Shown in pieces: positions 33,926 through 50,213 of a DNA stretch of 64,000 nt. Source of the DNA: the human T2T-CHM13v2.0 reference genome, Homo sapiens; assembly GCF_009914755.1 (NCBI RefSeq), contig NC_060933.1, one strand, 5' to 3'. Every line of letters begins with the position of its first letter. The first letter of the stretch is position 1. The position numbers were made by a program, and so were the translations under genes. The notes beneath the pieces were generated by a model. The model had not been told where the DNA came from and ran no database searches. It worked only from the letters and a program-made list of their open reading frames with translations.

Positions 33926-34741
33926 AAGAAGATATTTATGCAGCCAACAAACACATGAAAAAATGCTCATCATCACTGGCCATCAGAGAAATGCAAATCA
34001 AAACCACAATGAGATACCATCTCACACCAGTTAGAATGGCGATCATTAAAAAGTCAGGAAACAACAGGTGCTGGAGAGGATGTGGAGAAATAGGAACACT
34101 TTTACACTGTTGGGACTGTAAACTAGTTCAACCATTGTGGAAGTCAGTGTGGCGATTCCTCAGGGATCTAGAACTAGAGATACCATTTGACCCAGCCATC
34201 CCGTTACTGGGTATATACCCAAAGGACTATAAATCATGCTGCTATAAAGACACATGCACACGTATGTTTATTGCAGCACTATTCACAATAGCAAAGACTT
34301 GGAACCAACCAAAATGTCCAACAACGATAGACTGGATTAAGAAAATGTGGCACATATACACCATGGAATACTATGCAGCTGTAAAAAATGATGAGTTCAT
34401 GTCCTTTGTAGGACATGGATGAAACTGGAAACCATCATTCTCAGCAAACTATCTCAAGGACAAAAAACCAAACACCGCATATTCTCACTCATAGGTGGGA
34501 ATTGAATAATGAGAACACATGGACACAGGAAGGGGAACATCACACTCCGGGGACTGTTGTGGGGTGTGGGGAGGGGGGGAGGGATAGCATTAGGAGATAT
34601 ACCTAATACTAAATGACGAGTTAATGGGTGCAGCACACCAACATGGCACATGTATACATATGTAACAAACCTGCACATTGTGCACATGTACCCGAAAACT
34701 TAAAGTATAATAATAATAAAATTTAAAAAAAAGAGGATATT
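33926..34741 (+). mobile_element. 5'-truncated L1PA (PA3-PA5-like), ~0.8 kb including TSDs
   Basis: ORF2 3' end plus 3'UTR with a G-rich tract and A tail. It has GAG (not L1HS ACA) at the diagnostic site ATGACGAGTTA. TSD AAGAAGATATT/AAGAGGATATT. Confidence 0.95.
33955..34422 (+). pseudogene. L1 ORF2p C-terminal (Cys-rich) fragment
   Basis: [64 protein letters not shown]. One Trp codon is lost and the frame shifts before ..WMKLETII; no promoter or RT domain. Confidence 0.93.
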
Positions 34742-35375
34742 GAGAAACTTCCTGAAAGAAAAAGTGAACAACTTAAGGATAGTTCACAACTGGGGTTCAG
34801 ATGTACACAGGTTTGTCTGGTGGATTTGGGGCTGGGGTGTATATGTTTTGGAGGTGGGAGCACAAGCTGACCGATTTTATGAAGTCTTAGAGGGAGTACC
34901 TGATAAGAGAATTCACCACGAGGACAATGTGCTGCTGGACAAGTCAGACTCCAGTACAGGCCAAAGGACAGAGGGTCTGTGAAAGTGAGAGAAATATTAA
35001 AGTGTGGCAGCTAATACTTGAAATTAACGCTGATAAATTCACCCTGTATGTCACTCTAAGAAGAGAGAAAAAAAATGTGTTTTTCACTGTCTTTGTAACC
35101 CTACGTCCCAGGCCCCTGATTTTTTTTTTTTTTTTTTTTGCATTCTTCTCACTGCTGTCCACCATTTCTGAGAACCCCCAAGGAGAGCATAACACACCGA
35201 GCAGATTCTTTCACTTGTCTCTCTTTGTGAACATTATTGACTGGAAACAATCTTGGGAGGGCAAAAACAAAACAAAACAAAAACAAAATAAAAGACAAAA
35301 GCGAGGTAGGTGCAGTGTCTGCACAGTTCTGGCACTGTTAACAGCAGCACCAATGTAGGTGTCGGTGTGTGATGA

Positions 35376-35792
<417 letters not shown>

Positions 35793-36046
35793 TAACTGAA
35801 AATTTGACATTATTTGTATCCACAAACTAATGAAGGTAATAGACATTTGGGTGAATATTCATTATCATTTTACTGGTAGTTTTGTGATAACCTTTGTGGG
35901 ACAGATCTTGATTCATGACTGAAACATAACTTTAGCTCACTCCTCCATTCCAAATTATGTAATAATAGTTGTACTCAAACATACACGCATACACGTATTT
36001 AATAATTTTAAAATTTTGGACAACTTTACTTCTTAAGAAGTGAGCT

Positions 36047-36359
<313 letters not shown>

Positions 36360-36547
36360 TGAGCTTAACTGTTTCCACAGATTGTGTTCTTTTGCTAGCT
36401 GTTATAATGCTGTACAATGAAGCCAGCTGAATATACCCATTAGAAAAGCAAAAAGTTTTGATATGAGAGAAGGTGGAACAGAGGGAAAATATATATAGAT
36501 ATTGTAGGGAGATAAAAATAAAAATGATAACTATTGAAATACAGAGG

Positions 36548-36836
36548 TTTTTTTTTTTAGGTGGTATCTTGCTGTGTCACCCAGCCTGAAGTGCCATGGT
36601 GGATCTTGGCTCACTGCAACCTCCACATCCTGGGTTCAAGCGATTCTCCTGCCTCTGCCTCCTGAGTAGCTGGGATTACAGGGGACCGCCACCACGCCCA
36701 GCTAATTTTTGTATTTTTAGTAGAGACTGGGTTTCACCATGTTGGTCAGGCTGGTCTCGAACTCCTGACCTTGTGATCCGCCCACCTCAGCCTCCCAAAG
36801 TGCTGGGATTACAGGCATGAGCCACTGCACCTGACC
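36548..36836 (-). mobile_element. Alu (AluSg-like)
   Basis: Antisense dimer. Confidence 0.94.
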
Positions 36837-36899
36837 GAGATGATTTTCAAATGTACGTTTTATGTCTACATAAGATTCAACATCAGTACAACACTGAAG

Positions 36900-37440
36900 T
36901 TTTATCAAACTTCTATGATATGTCTGAAACTGTGCTAGAGCCTGAGATGCAAAGATAACTAAGTCACAGACTCTGGCATGACGACTTCTCCAACTTAAAA
37001 GGGAATTAAGTGGGTAATAAGCACAATAAATAATGTAAAAGGAATACTGTCTGACACAAAGGAAAGAGTGTAGCGGCTTTTGGGAAAGTGGTTCGAGATG
37101 GCTTCACAGAAGACTCTCTTGGCCTTGGTTGTGAGGGTGCAATAGTTAAAGAAGGCTGTTTCAGTTAGGAAAAATTGCGTGTAAAAACAAGGAGCATAAA
37201 CCAGATTTTTATTCGTTGATGAAAGTCCTTGCAGTTTTTCCCATGGTCTATTTGGAGAACCACTACATACTAGAAAGCTAGTATGACAAAATTTCAGGGA
37301 GTATTTCGGAGAATGCTAGGGAATGAAGTTGGAGAGGGGAATTCCATTCAGGACACTGAGAGCTATGGTAAGGGATTGGATTTTATAATGCGGGCAATGA
37401 GAAACCATTGAGGTGTTTTAAGTAAAGAGCAATATATTTA
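36900..37440 (-). mobile_element. L2 fragments
   Basis: actgtgctagagcctgagatgcaaagat.. and ggattttat..gcaatgagaaaccattgagg..ttttaag are antisense L2 words. Confidence 0.6.
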
Positions 37441-37716
37441 GTCATGAGCTAAAAAAGAAATAGCACTACCAGGCATCCACAAAAATGACCTTCTTTTCCT
37501 ACCTCTGTCCCACTTGTTTGTAGAACCCTTTCTCATACGCACATTTGCATGGTGCATAACCATCTTTTCTAAAATTTGTGCTTATCTTAGCCCTTTGATG
37601 TTACAGGTATTGATTGTTGAAAACCAGATTTCATTTCATGAGTCCATTCTTTTATGATATTGTTGATTTCTGCCAAGATAAAAATGTTTTCAGGTTGAGA
37701 AACAGTGTATGGGTTC

Positions 37717-38031
37717 TTTATTATTATTATCATTTATTGAGATGGAGTTTCTCTCTGTCACCTAGGCTGGAGTGCAGTGGTGCGACTTCGGCTCACTGCA
37801 ACCTCTCTCTCCTGGGTTCAAGCGATTCTCCTGCCTAAGCCTCCAAGTAGTGGGGATTACAGGCATGCACCACCATGCCTGGCTAATTTTTGTATTTTTA
37901 GTAGAGAAGGGGTTTCACCATGTTGGCCAGGCTGGTCTCAAACTCCTGACCCCAAGTGATCTGCCCCCCTCCCCCAAGTGATCTCCCTCCCAAAATGCTG
38001 GGATTACAGGCATGAGTCACTGTGCCTGGCC
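37717..38031 (-). mobile_element. Alu (AluS) with internal CCCCAAGTGATCT duplication
   Basis: Antisense dimer with a (TTA)n tail. Confidence 0.94.
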
Positions 38032-39264
38032 TAGGTTCTCTATTTTTAAGATCATTTTATTAATAAACATTGTGAAAAATGGCTTGTCAGTAGAATCAAG
38101 TGCTTCGTATTTATGATGATGAAATGTGATCTCTTAAACTTTCAAATATAGTGAAGACTATTTAAAAGGAGAGAGTTTTATAGTTTTCCACTGTAGGAAG
38201 AAGATTCTAGGTTCGAATGAGTTAACTGTGACATATGGGAATTCATAGCCCATTTTGGTTTTTCACATATTTTTAAACATACTAAATTCAGAAAACAATG
38301 TTAAAGACTATGTTTTTGAAGAAGACATAGCTTGCTTTAAATTTAAAACACTAAATAGCAGAAATAAATGGGTACTTTATTTCACAAATTCTTACCCTAA
38401 TTCAAAATGTTTCCAATTTAGAGAAATAAGCTTAGAAATGTGTTTTCATGGACTACCGTTTTTATACTGACTACAGTGTGAATAGTTATTTAGGAATTTC
38501 TGCCAATATTGTGAACAAATTAAGGCTTCAAAATATCTGCTGTGCAGTGCATACATATAGTGCGCATTCAATAAACATTTAGTTGAATTATGACAGTTCT
38601 CACTGTAATAAATTGGTTTCTTAAGCTGGATCCTTTATTTAATATTCACAATTTTCACATGACCTTTGGAACTTTTGGATGATGGGGGAAGTAGTGTGGA
38701 GAGTTACAGTTTACTACTGTAAAGAAGAAATCCATATTTTCTTAACAAACTTTTCACAAATGCTGTTCATGTCCATAATTAGACCCCCTTAGTGCTTCTA
38801 GATCTTATTTGATCTCACATTTAGTTCCACAGACATTTACCTAGAACCTATGGCACTGGTTTTATTGTTCTGATGTGTGGGTTTCAGTTGCTTAACATGT
38901 GTGTCCAGTTTTCCATTATTTCAGGGCAGAGCTCATGTTTTTCTTATCCTCCTCCTTCCTTTTATCCTTTTGTCTCTGTACCATCTTTTGACAGATTATA
39001 GGATATGGAATTCCAATTCCATATCAGCAAATTGCAGGTCACTTTTATTGAGAACACTTGGAAAAAAAGAAGTAAGGAGAATGGTGGCCCAGCTTGGTGC
39101 CTAAGGGCTCTGGCTCGGGTGTCAAAAGTGGGTTCCAATCCTCCCCTGATCACTCATTAATTGTGCAACCTTGGGCAAGGTACTAAACTTCTACAAACCT
39201 CCATTTCCTCATACATAAAATGAGGATGGCACTAATAACTAGCTCATAAGGTAGTTTTAACATA

Positions 39265-39603
<339 letters not shown>

Positions 39604-40210
39604 TTATCACCAGATAGATGTCATGATTGGTATATAAATATAAATAAATGAGGAGGTTTTTCCAGTAAAACATTGGAGGAGGTAAAGACAGCTGAGAAAG
39701 CAACTACTGCCTTGGTACTACATTCTTTTCTTTATTAGAATGAGAACTCAGATGTGCTTCCGATGTCCTTTAGCCAGAATAACTTCTGGAAAGAGCCCAA
39801 GATATATTAACATGTATACTACAGAAAAGATTTGAACAATAGCCCCTCAGTTGTGCAAAGTAGGCCAGCATTCCAGAGAGCCTTCCGGACATTCGCTTTT
39901 AAATTTCTGTGTCCCTAAAACTATGGTGTAAACTGAAATGACAGGACTTACAGCTCTAAGTTATAAAAATCAGAAAGGACCAGACACATTTAAACAATGC
40001 CTCAGCATGCAAGCCATTTGTGATAAAGCAAATTAATTTCTAATTTTCTTATTGTAACTTAGGGGAAGTGGTCTTTTGAAAAATTCATATTAAGCAGGGG
40101 ATGAAAACAGGAAATGGATTTTGCAGTCTTCAGTCTTAATTTAAGATGCCAAATGGCACTGACAATTGCATGTGCTGCCTTTGTTTTAGTGACGGTAAAA
40201 AGAAAAAACA

Positions 40211-40815
<605 letters not shown>

Positions 40816-42010
40816 AAACAAATGAAAACCAACCAAACAACAACAACAAAAGCCAAAAATAAAAATGCCTGTGAGAGATTTCTTAGAGTCACTCATTATT
40901 AGTTCATGCTCCCAGTAGAGATATTTCTTCAATCAAGTCCCAGTTTCCTCCTCTTTTATTGCATTCTTTCGTGAAGAAAGCTTAAAGAAATGAATTCTTG
41001 TCCTTGGAAATGAGGGAGGACTATACTATGCTTTCTCTAGAAGGCACTACTGTGTGTTTGAGCATGTTTTTCAAATAATTAGTAGGTGTGAGTGGTTCTG
41101 CCAATAGACATACTACATTTATTTTCAGTGATCACTTGAAAAACACACCTATAAGCTTATAATTGCTGACATTAACAAACAACAGGTATGAAGATGCTGT
41201 TCACAAAAAGTGCATGTAGTTCCATGTGTTTTATTTAGTCTGTTTGAAATGAAGTTTAGCATATCTATAGCACACAGCATGAAACATGTCAGTCATTTTG
41301 AATTTAACATTGTGCATAATGTATTCATAAGAATTATATTTATTTATTAGCATTTATCTTCAAATCAAAGGTTAAAAGTTTCAAGATGCACAAAAATGGT
41401 TAACTTTCTGTGAGAAGTCTGAGAAATCACTGAAGACATGAAAATGACAGGCTGGAGGAAGAAGTAAAGAACCTAGAAGGCCAAAATGGAATTCTAAGAT
41501 AACATGAATATAGAACATAGAAAAGAGAAAGGATTGATTGAAAAAAGGAAAGGGGAAAAAAAAGGAATTATTAAATGGAAACATTAGATTCAAGTAAACC
41601 CAAAACAATCATCAAAGTAGATGTTAACAGCATTTTGAGTACATGTTGTGAGTATGAGAAGTGCAATTCTAAATGTTAGGCCCTTATGTTTTAACATATC
41701 AGCAAATACAATATTTTGTTTCTAATTTAACAAATTTTTAAGACTGTTATGTTAGTTGTGACATATTTCCAATAAATAATTATGTTTCCCAAGGACACTG
41801 GGTACAACAAAGTGGGTCTGACAATTAACTTACCTTTGAAACCTGAGCCCTTCATTAGTTACAGGAATAGACTGGAACATGATTTTTCCTCTCCTGCTTG
41901 GAGAACCCACAAGTTGTGTTTTCTTTATGAATATTGGAAATTCTTTCTTTTAGCCAAATGAAGGGTGTGCATTTCTTCGGCCAGGAGTTACCAGGCTGAT
42001 AATCCTGATG

Positions 42011-42781
<771 letters not shown>

Positions 42782-43053
42782 CCCCAAAAAGTGGCCCTCA
42801 TAATGATGCCAGGTAAGGAAAGACAACATTATTACCTATGTGTGGTGTGTTAACATTCTTTATGAAACATGTGTGAAGACCTAAATCGAAGACTTTCTCC
42901 ATGAGATATTCCCTAATCACATTAGTGAAATAAAACTATATTTCCTCTACTTTTCTACTGCTACAGAAATCTCCCCCAGTTAGGATAGTCCCAGTTTCCT
43001 ATTTATCTTTGTTTTTCTTGCAGTGCACAGCATGTCACCCAGTAATTGATAAG

Positions 43054-43308
43054 TTTTTTTTGTTTTTTTTTTTTTGAGACGGAGTCTTGCTCTGTCTCCC
43101 AGGCTGGAGTGCAGTGGCGCGATCTCGGCTCCCCAAGTAGCTGGGACTACAGGCGCCCGCCATCACGCCCGGCTAATTTTTTGTATTTTTAGTAGAGACG
43201 GGGTTTCGCCGTGTTAGCCAGGATGGTCTCGATTTCCTGACCTCGTGATCCGCCCGCCTCAGCCTCCCAAAGTGCTGGGATTACAGGCGTGAGCCACCGC
43301 ACCTGGCC
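43054..43308 (-). mobile_element. AluY with ~45-50 bp right-arm deletion
   Basis: CGTGTTAGCCAGGATGGTCTCGAT diagnostic; CTCGGCT joins CCCCAAGTAG; TSD TAATTGATA. Confidence 0.92.
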
Positions 43309-43749
43309 TAATTGATATGTTTAAATGTTAAAATTAAATGCAATGATTTCCTAAAATAAACAAATGTGGGACAATTTATTGCACTCTGTTCAAATTCCCA
43401 TTTTGAAGTGGAATTCAAACAAACATGACAGTAAAGGGGGACAGTGAGCACAGGGACAAGAGAAAAGGAGAAAGGGAAGAAATACAGAGAACTAGATAGG
43501 AGGAAGTGTCAAAGACTGATGGGTGTAAGCCACCTTTACCTCTGGATATTGGTTTTCCTTTGAATTGTGGTATGTGGTCATATTGCTTATTAGTTATAAC
43601 ATACAGCTGTCAGAAGAGTTTTTCAATTAAAATTTCAAATGTAATATTAAAACTGTTTGGATTCCTTCCTACTGGGCACTGGACACTGTCTGTGGAGCTG
43701 CTGGAACAGCGCTGAATAGGGTCATATTTTAAAGGAACTCAGCCTAGTG

Positions 43750-43966
43750 CAGTTTCTCAACCTTAGCACTATTGGCCTTTGGGGCCTGATAATCCTTTTT
43801 TGTGAGGGGCTGTCCTGTGCACTGTAGGATGTTTAGCAGCATCCTTGGCTTCTACTCAGTAGATGACAGTATCAACCCCCTTCCCCAGAAGTGACAATTA
43901 AAAATGTCTCCAGACTTTTCCAAATGTCCCCTGAGGAGCAAAATTGTCTCCAGTTGAAAACCACTG
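43750..43966 (+). mobile_element. MER20 (hAT-Charlie)
   Basis: ttctcaacct..ggggctgtcctgtgcactgtaggatgtttagcagcatcc..aaaaatgtctccagac..gttgaaaaccactg. Confidence 0.9.
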
Positions 43967-44209
43967 GGTTAGTGGGAGAAACAGATAAGACAGAAGTTCT
44001 CCATACACCATGATAATGCCATGATGCCATAGGGCTGGCAGGAGTGAAGGGAAGAGCATCTCACAAAGACTCGGGGGGATGCAGGGAGGAGGAAAAATTA
44101 GGAAATGAAGTGGGCTGAGTTGCAGTTAGCCTGTGGGGAAAATGAAGGAGAAGGGATAAGGAAGAAGAGGAGGAAGGAGGGAGGAAGAGTGAGGAGTAAT
44201 AGGGAATTA

Positions 44210-44712
44210 TAGTTGACCTTGAACAACTTGGGGTTTAGGGATGCCGACCCTTGCGTAGTCAAAAATCTGAGCTTAACTTTTGACTACCCTCACACTTTCC
44301 TAACAGCCTACTGTTGACCAGATGCTTTACCAATAACATAAACAGTTTATTAACACATATTTTGTATGTTTTATGTATTATACACTGTATTCTTACAATA
44401 AGGTAAGCTAGAGAAAAGAAAATGCTATTAAGAAAATTGTAAGGAAGAAAAACTATATTTACTGTTCATTAAGGGGAAGTAGATCATCATAAAGCTCTTC
44501 ATCCTTGTCATCTTCAAGTTGAATAGGCTGAAGGAGGAGGGGGAGAGAGAAGAGACTGGCCTTGCTGTCTTAGGGGTGGCAGGGATGGTAGAGGTGCAGG
44601 AGGTGGAAGGGGAGGCAGGAAAGGCAGGCACACTCGGGGTAGCTTTCGTTGAAAGAAATCTTCATATGAGTGGACCCATGCAGTTCAAACCTGACTTGTT
44701 CAGAGTCAACTG
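44210..44712 (+). mobile_element. Tigger2a/MER28 (TcMar-Tigger)
   Basis: TIRs (T)AGTTGACCTTGAACAAC / TTGTTCAGAGTCAACTG with TA flanks. Confidence 0.88.
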
Positions 44713-46591
44713 TACTTGTTCCAGGCTAAGAACAGAGAATAAAAAAAAAATGTATAGAGGCCTGAAACAGCATATTATATTAAAAGAACTCAAAGCCGGT
44801 AAATGCTTTGCTACTGAAGCATAAAGTGAGAAAGGGGCATCATGGGCTCTGAAATTGCAGCCACAAGTCTACAGAACACATTTTTCATAGCCCAAGGTCA
44901 GTCTTCTATTACCCTTTGCAGTGAGGTTATCATCATCCATTTTCACTCGTCAGTGCTGGGGAGCCCATTAAATACTTGCCACTATACTTGGTCCCAACAG
45001 TTAATAGACTGTAGCATCTTTTATTTCTTCACCTAGCCTGAAATCAGTTGAGCTTTTGCAGAATCTTAGATATGTCGTTTTTTTCTTCAGGTTTAGAATG
45101 GGGCACTTAAAAAGATGCATAGTACTTGAAAATAGAGAAAGAAAATAGCATGTAGAAATTTGTGCCTTTATTCTGCCCAAACGTCTCAAAAAGGAAAAAA
45201 ATAATTTTAAGGGTAAATATTGTCATCAATTTATCTGAGCTCTTTTGACTTCCTTTGAGCCTGAAAAACAGGATCAGTGTCTTTTTAGTATTTACCATAG
45301 TGCCTGATATGTAGAAGGTGTTTGACCAATGTTTATTAGATAAATGTTCACTTTTATTACTAGTAATATTAACCACATTTTAATAGAGACTAATAATACA
45401 TGATAAACTTCTCAAGGATGCGATCTCATTTGATCACTATAACAACCCAATGAGGTAAGCGAGGAATAGTTGTTAACTCTAATACATGTTATATCTTATC
45501 CTTGACCCAGTATTACCCCAGTCATGCCTTCCTTTCCCTGCAATGAAAGAAAACCGATAAACACAAAATGTTGTATCCCATATAAGCATTCATTCTTATG
45601 GTAGATAAGTAAATGGAAAAGATAGGTATGCATTCTCAATTTTTTTAAGTCCTAGAATTATAAAACAGTAAAGAAGTGAGAAGAGAGAGAAATCTTAAGG
45701 GACCAACCTCTTGATTTTACAGGTGAGAAAACTGAGGCCACATAGCCATTTAGTGCAGAGCCAGGATTATAAACCAGATGTTTGGAATCCTATGTGGTGG
45801 TGGACACGAGGATATACTAATTAGCGTCGTTACCGGAAAATTCCACATATCTCTAAGGAGCAGATCACCACACACCTGCACAGCCCAAGCCTGGATTGTG
45901 GAGGTTTTTCTTGTAGAGTTTGTCTTTGATAGAAAGATACGGTCCAGAAGGCCGGCTTCAAGGACATAAGAAAGGGCATATTCAAAACAAATACATGTAT
46001 GCCTATTCTTTTAAACCGGTACTTAACAATAGTATCCAGGTGTCCAAATATAATAGCTTATCTGTTTTATTTTTTCCAGAAAAGGAAACAAGGTCTTAGA
46101 GAGGTTACATTTTGCATAGGATTTTGTTAGCCAAGTCAGCATCTGTTTGCATCTTAAAAATGAGTCATACCTATTCCTTGTAAGTAGGACAGGAGGGCAG
46201 CTGGAATTTCCCAGCTCACTCCTTGTCACTGCTTCCTGCCTCTGCTGCTCTTTGTCCTCCACAGCACGCTTCATTGGCTAAAAAGTGAACCAGATACTAC
46301 ATTACCTCAGGGCAGTTGTAAGTACTGAGTCAGATGCCTTAGGCTTGTGTGATGGGAAGTTTAGGGCGAGACCAATGTCTTGCTTTAACAACAGTGTGAA
46401 TAAGTTAATTTCTTTTGAGATTTTATTACTCAATATTCCACCCAGAAAGAAACACAGATGACACTCAGCCAATCAAAGGCCATCTGGGACTGACAAACGC
46501 AGAGCTTGTTGTAGATGACAAGGCTCAGTGGATGGATCATCACTGAAAGAAAGGGAAACAGTTTGAACTGTTGTATCTCTCTCCTTGCTCA

Positions 46592-46937
<346 letters not shown>

Positions 46938-48144
46938 TTATTGCACAGAGTGTCATTCGCTAATCTTGCTTGTGCCTGAACTTTGAAAGCACCAGCCCCT
47001 TGCTTTGGGGGCTGGGGGCGTGGGGTGTAAGTGTGTGTGTCCTCTAGAAGAAGACAACACTGAGAACAGAAGGAGAGGATCTTGGAGATTTGTTAATTTC
47101 CTATTGCAGTTAGCCTTGTCTGGGGCTCTCACTTTAGCACTTAAAATAACATACTCCTTTGCACAGATGTTATTTTTTTCTCTTCATGTGTACAACTTGA
47201 ATTATCCAATGGCCTTGCTTTGAGGATATTCATCCTATCTTATTGATCCTGTCACTGTGTAGGACAATGGAGAACACAGTAAAAAACCCTCAATGGATAC
47301 TACTTACACTAAATTAACTCTATGAATTCAAAATTTGAAGATGCTACTTAATCATGTAAGCGTGGTTCTCCAAAACTTCATCTGCCATGGGAAAAATCAA
47401 AGCTTGTAAAATGATTAAACTTGTAAAGGAATTAAACTCTAGGATTCACTCATTTTATAATTGGTATTTTCACCCTAAGAGCTTTCTTTTTCCTCTCTGG
47501 TGTTTAAAAACAAAGTAAAACCAGACAAAACAAGATTAACTAAATTAAAACCCCTGTGACTTTAAAAAATGTAGCCAAGAATAATGTGCAAGTGTCTAGT
47601 TAGGCCAATAGATATCCTTAACATACGTGAGCTGGGAACACAAATGAGCATGAAGGGCAAGGAAGAGCACCACCCCCTGCTTCTTTTCCTGCTCCTGTTC
47701 TTGCAGAGGGTCAGGCTTGGAGACCACATATGGTCAGCTCAACACTCAAGTCCACCAAGCAGCCCATGAGGAACTCTTCCTTCCAGAGTTGTGCACACCA
47801 TGCAGTGTGGTCCACCTGCAGAAGCACACAACAGGCGCTGCCTGGGCCAGAGGTCCATTCAGGCCATGGAATTGGTCTCAATGCCATTTAGGCATGAATC
47901 CAGGGTCCTGGGTACCAGACGCATGGTCTAGGTAGGGGGTGTCATGTACTAGGTGAGCATGGGGTTCCGCTGGGCATGTTCCCTTGTCTTGTAGGATGTT
48001 AGCTCTGAGGGGCGTGGCTGGAAGAAGGCTAGCCTTGAGCCCTCTAAAAGGCAGGGCTCAGGGCAAAGCTCCCAGTTGCTCAGGCCTGTGGGTAATACTG
48101 CTTAAAAATCCCCTTGAGAACTTCTTTAAAATGCAAATATCTCG

Positions 48145-48259
48145 ATTCTTTTGTAGTTCAAAAGCATGATGATTGGGTGTTCACAGGCATGTGTAAGACG
48201 TGACACCCTCTGAACCTCCTTATGACCCGGTACATTACCTGTCTGACCTGAAAAAAAAA
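48145..48259 (+). pseudogene. SNORD13: retroposed U13 box C/D snoRNA copy (parent gene SNORD13)
   Basis: ATTCTTTTGTAGTTCA..GCATGATGATTGGGTGTTCA..CACCCT.TGAACCT..ACATTACCTGTCTGACC matches U13 end to end. Box C ATGATGA at 48166-48172, box D CTGA at 48243-48246, A9 tail. TSD AAAATGCAAATATCT/AAAATGCAAATTTCT. Confidence 0.93.
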
Positions 48260-48909
48260 TGCAAATTTCTGGATTCTACCCGCCTCCCCGCACTCCGACA
48301 TTACGATGTAGCAGCTCTGTGGTAGGATCCAGGAATCTGCCTGTGTAATCACAGGTTGATATTCTGGTGTTTCCTGGTTTTGCTCTGCTGATTTGGGGGA
48401 TGTTTACCAGCAGGAGAGCAGCCTCTTTCCTCTGCCCTCCTCCCTTGCTGCCCTCCCCAGACCCCAGTGACTCACGCTCCTCCTGCTCCTCCTGTTGCTG
48501 GCCTCTCTGTTGTGGTTGCCAGCGCTACTTTGCAGACGCTGCCTGCTCCCTGCACGCCAACACAGATTCTGTTTCCCTGCGACCGCTGCTGCTGTTGTTT
48601 GTTCCGTCCCTGGTTTATTGTAGGAGAGCTGATTGTTCTGTTGCCACTGCTACCAAGCTGCAAACACCAGGCTCACGGTGCAAGGGGAAGGGGCTTCTCC
48701 TCTGGGTGTTCTGCCTCTATCGCCTAGGCTCTCAGGCTTTGTTGCCAATGGCACTGCGAGACCCTAAACTATGGCCTTGTGATTCCCACATCTCCATTTA
48801 GTTCTTTCTTTTGTTCTCTAAGATCTGAGAAGGAGCCCATGTCTTTCAGTGTTCCTGTTTTCTTGCGATACTTCCCCCCTCCCCGACTCCAGAATTTAGG
48901 GCAACCTTC

Positions 48910-49586
<677 letters not shown>

Positions 49587-49777
49587 CCCATCCTCCTGAA
49601 GGTTCTGAATCTGAGGACCCAAGACTTGGCTCTCAGCCTTAATGTCCTGCTCCCACTATTTTCAGGGGGCCCAATATAAATTTCCTGAGTTTTTGAGGTG
49701 GTTGGGCTTGCAGACTGACCTTTAGTATGCCCTTTGTTACATTTACAAAATAGATTGCTTACAGGGTTAGACAAATA

Positions 49778-50127
49778 CAGTTGACCCTCTGTATCCCTGC
49801 CTTCCATATCCATGGGTCAAAATTATTTGGAAAAAAAAATGTGTCTGTATTGAACATGTATAGATTTTTTTTTTGTATATTTCCTAAACTATATCGTATA
49901 ATAACTACTTACAGAGCATTCATATTGTATTAGGCATTATAAGTAGTGTAGTTATGATTTAAAGTATGTGAGAGAATGTGCACAGGTTATACAGAAATAC
50001 TACACCATTTTTTTTTTTTTAATCAGGGACTGAAGCATCTTTTCAGCTATGACTTTGGTATCCGGTGGCGGGTGGGGCGGTGGGTGGGTCCTGGAACCAT
50101 TCCTCCATGAATACCAAGGGATAACTC
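49778..50127 (-). mobile_element. MER2 (TcMar-Tigger)
   Basis: TA|CAGTTGACCCTCTGTATCC ... GGTCCTGGAACCA..ATACCAAGGGATAACTC|TA. Confidence 0.85.
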
Positions 50128-50213
50128 TAATTGCTAAATCGTTTCCTATTTTTGTGAACTGGTAAAGGACTGCATGAGAAAGGCCAAAAATTAAAGAATA
50201 ATATGCTTATTCA

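Noticed and set aside
48367-48801. 144-aa Cys-rich ORF
   Set aside because: GTG start, no recognisable domain, and overlapping ORFs in other frames suggest a compositional effect.
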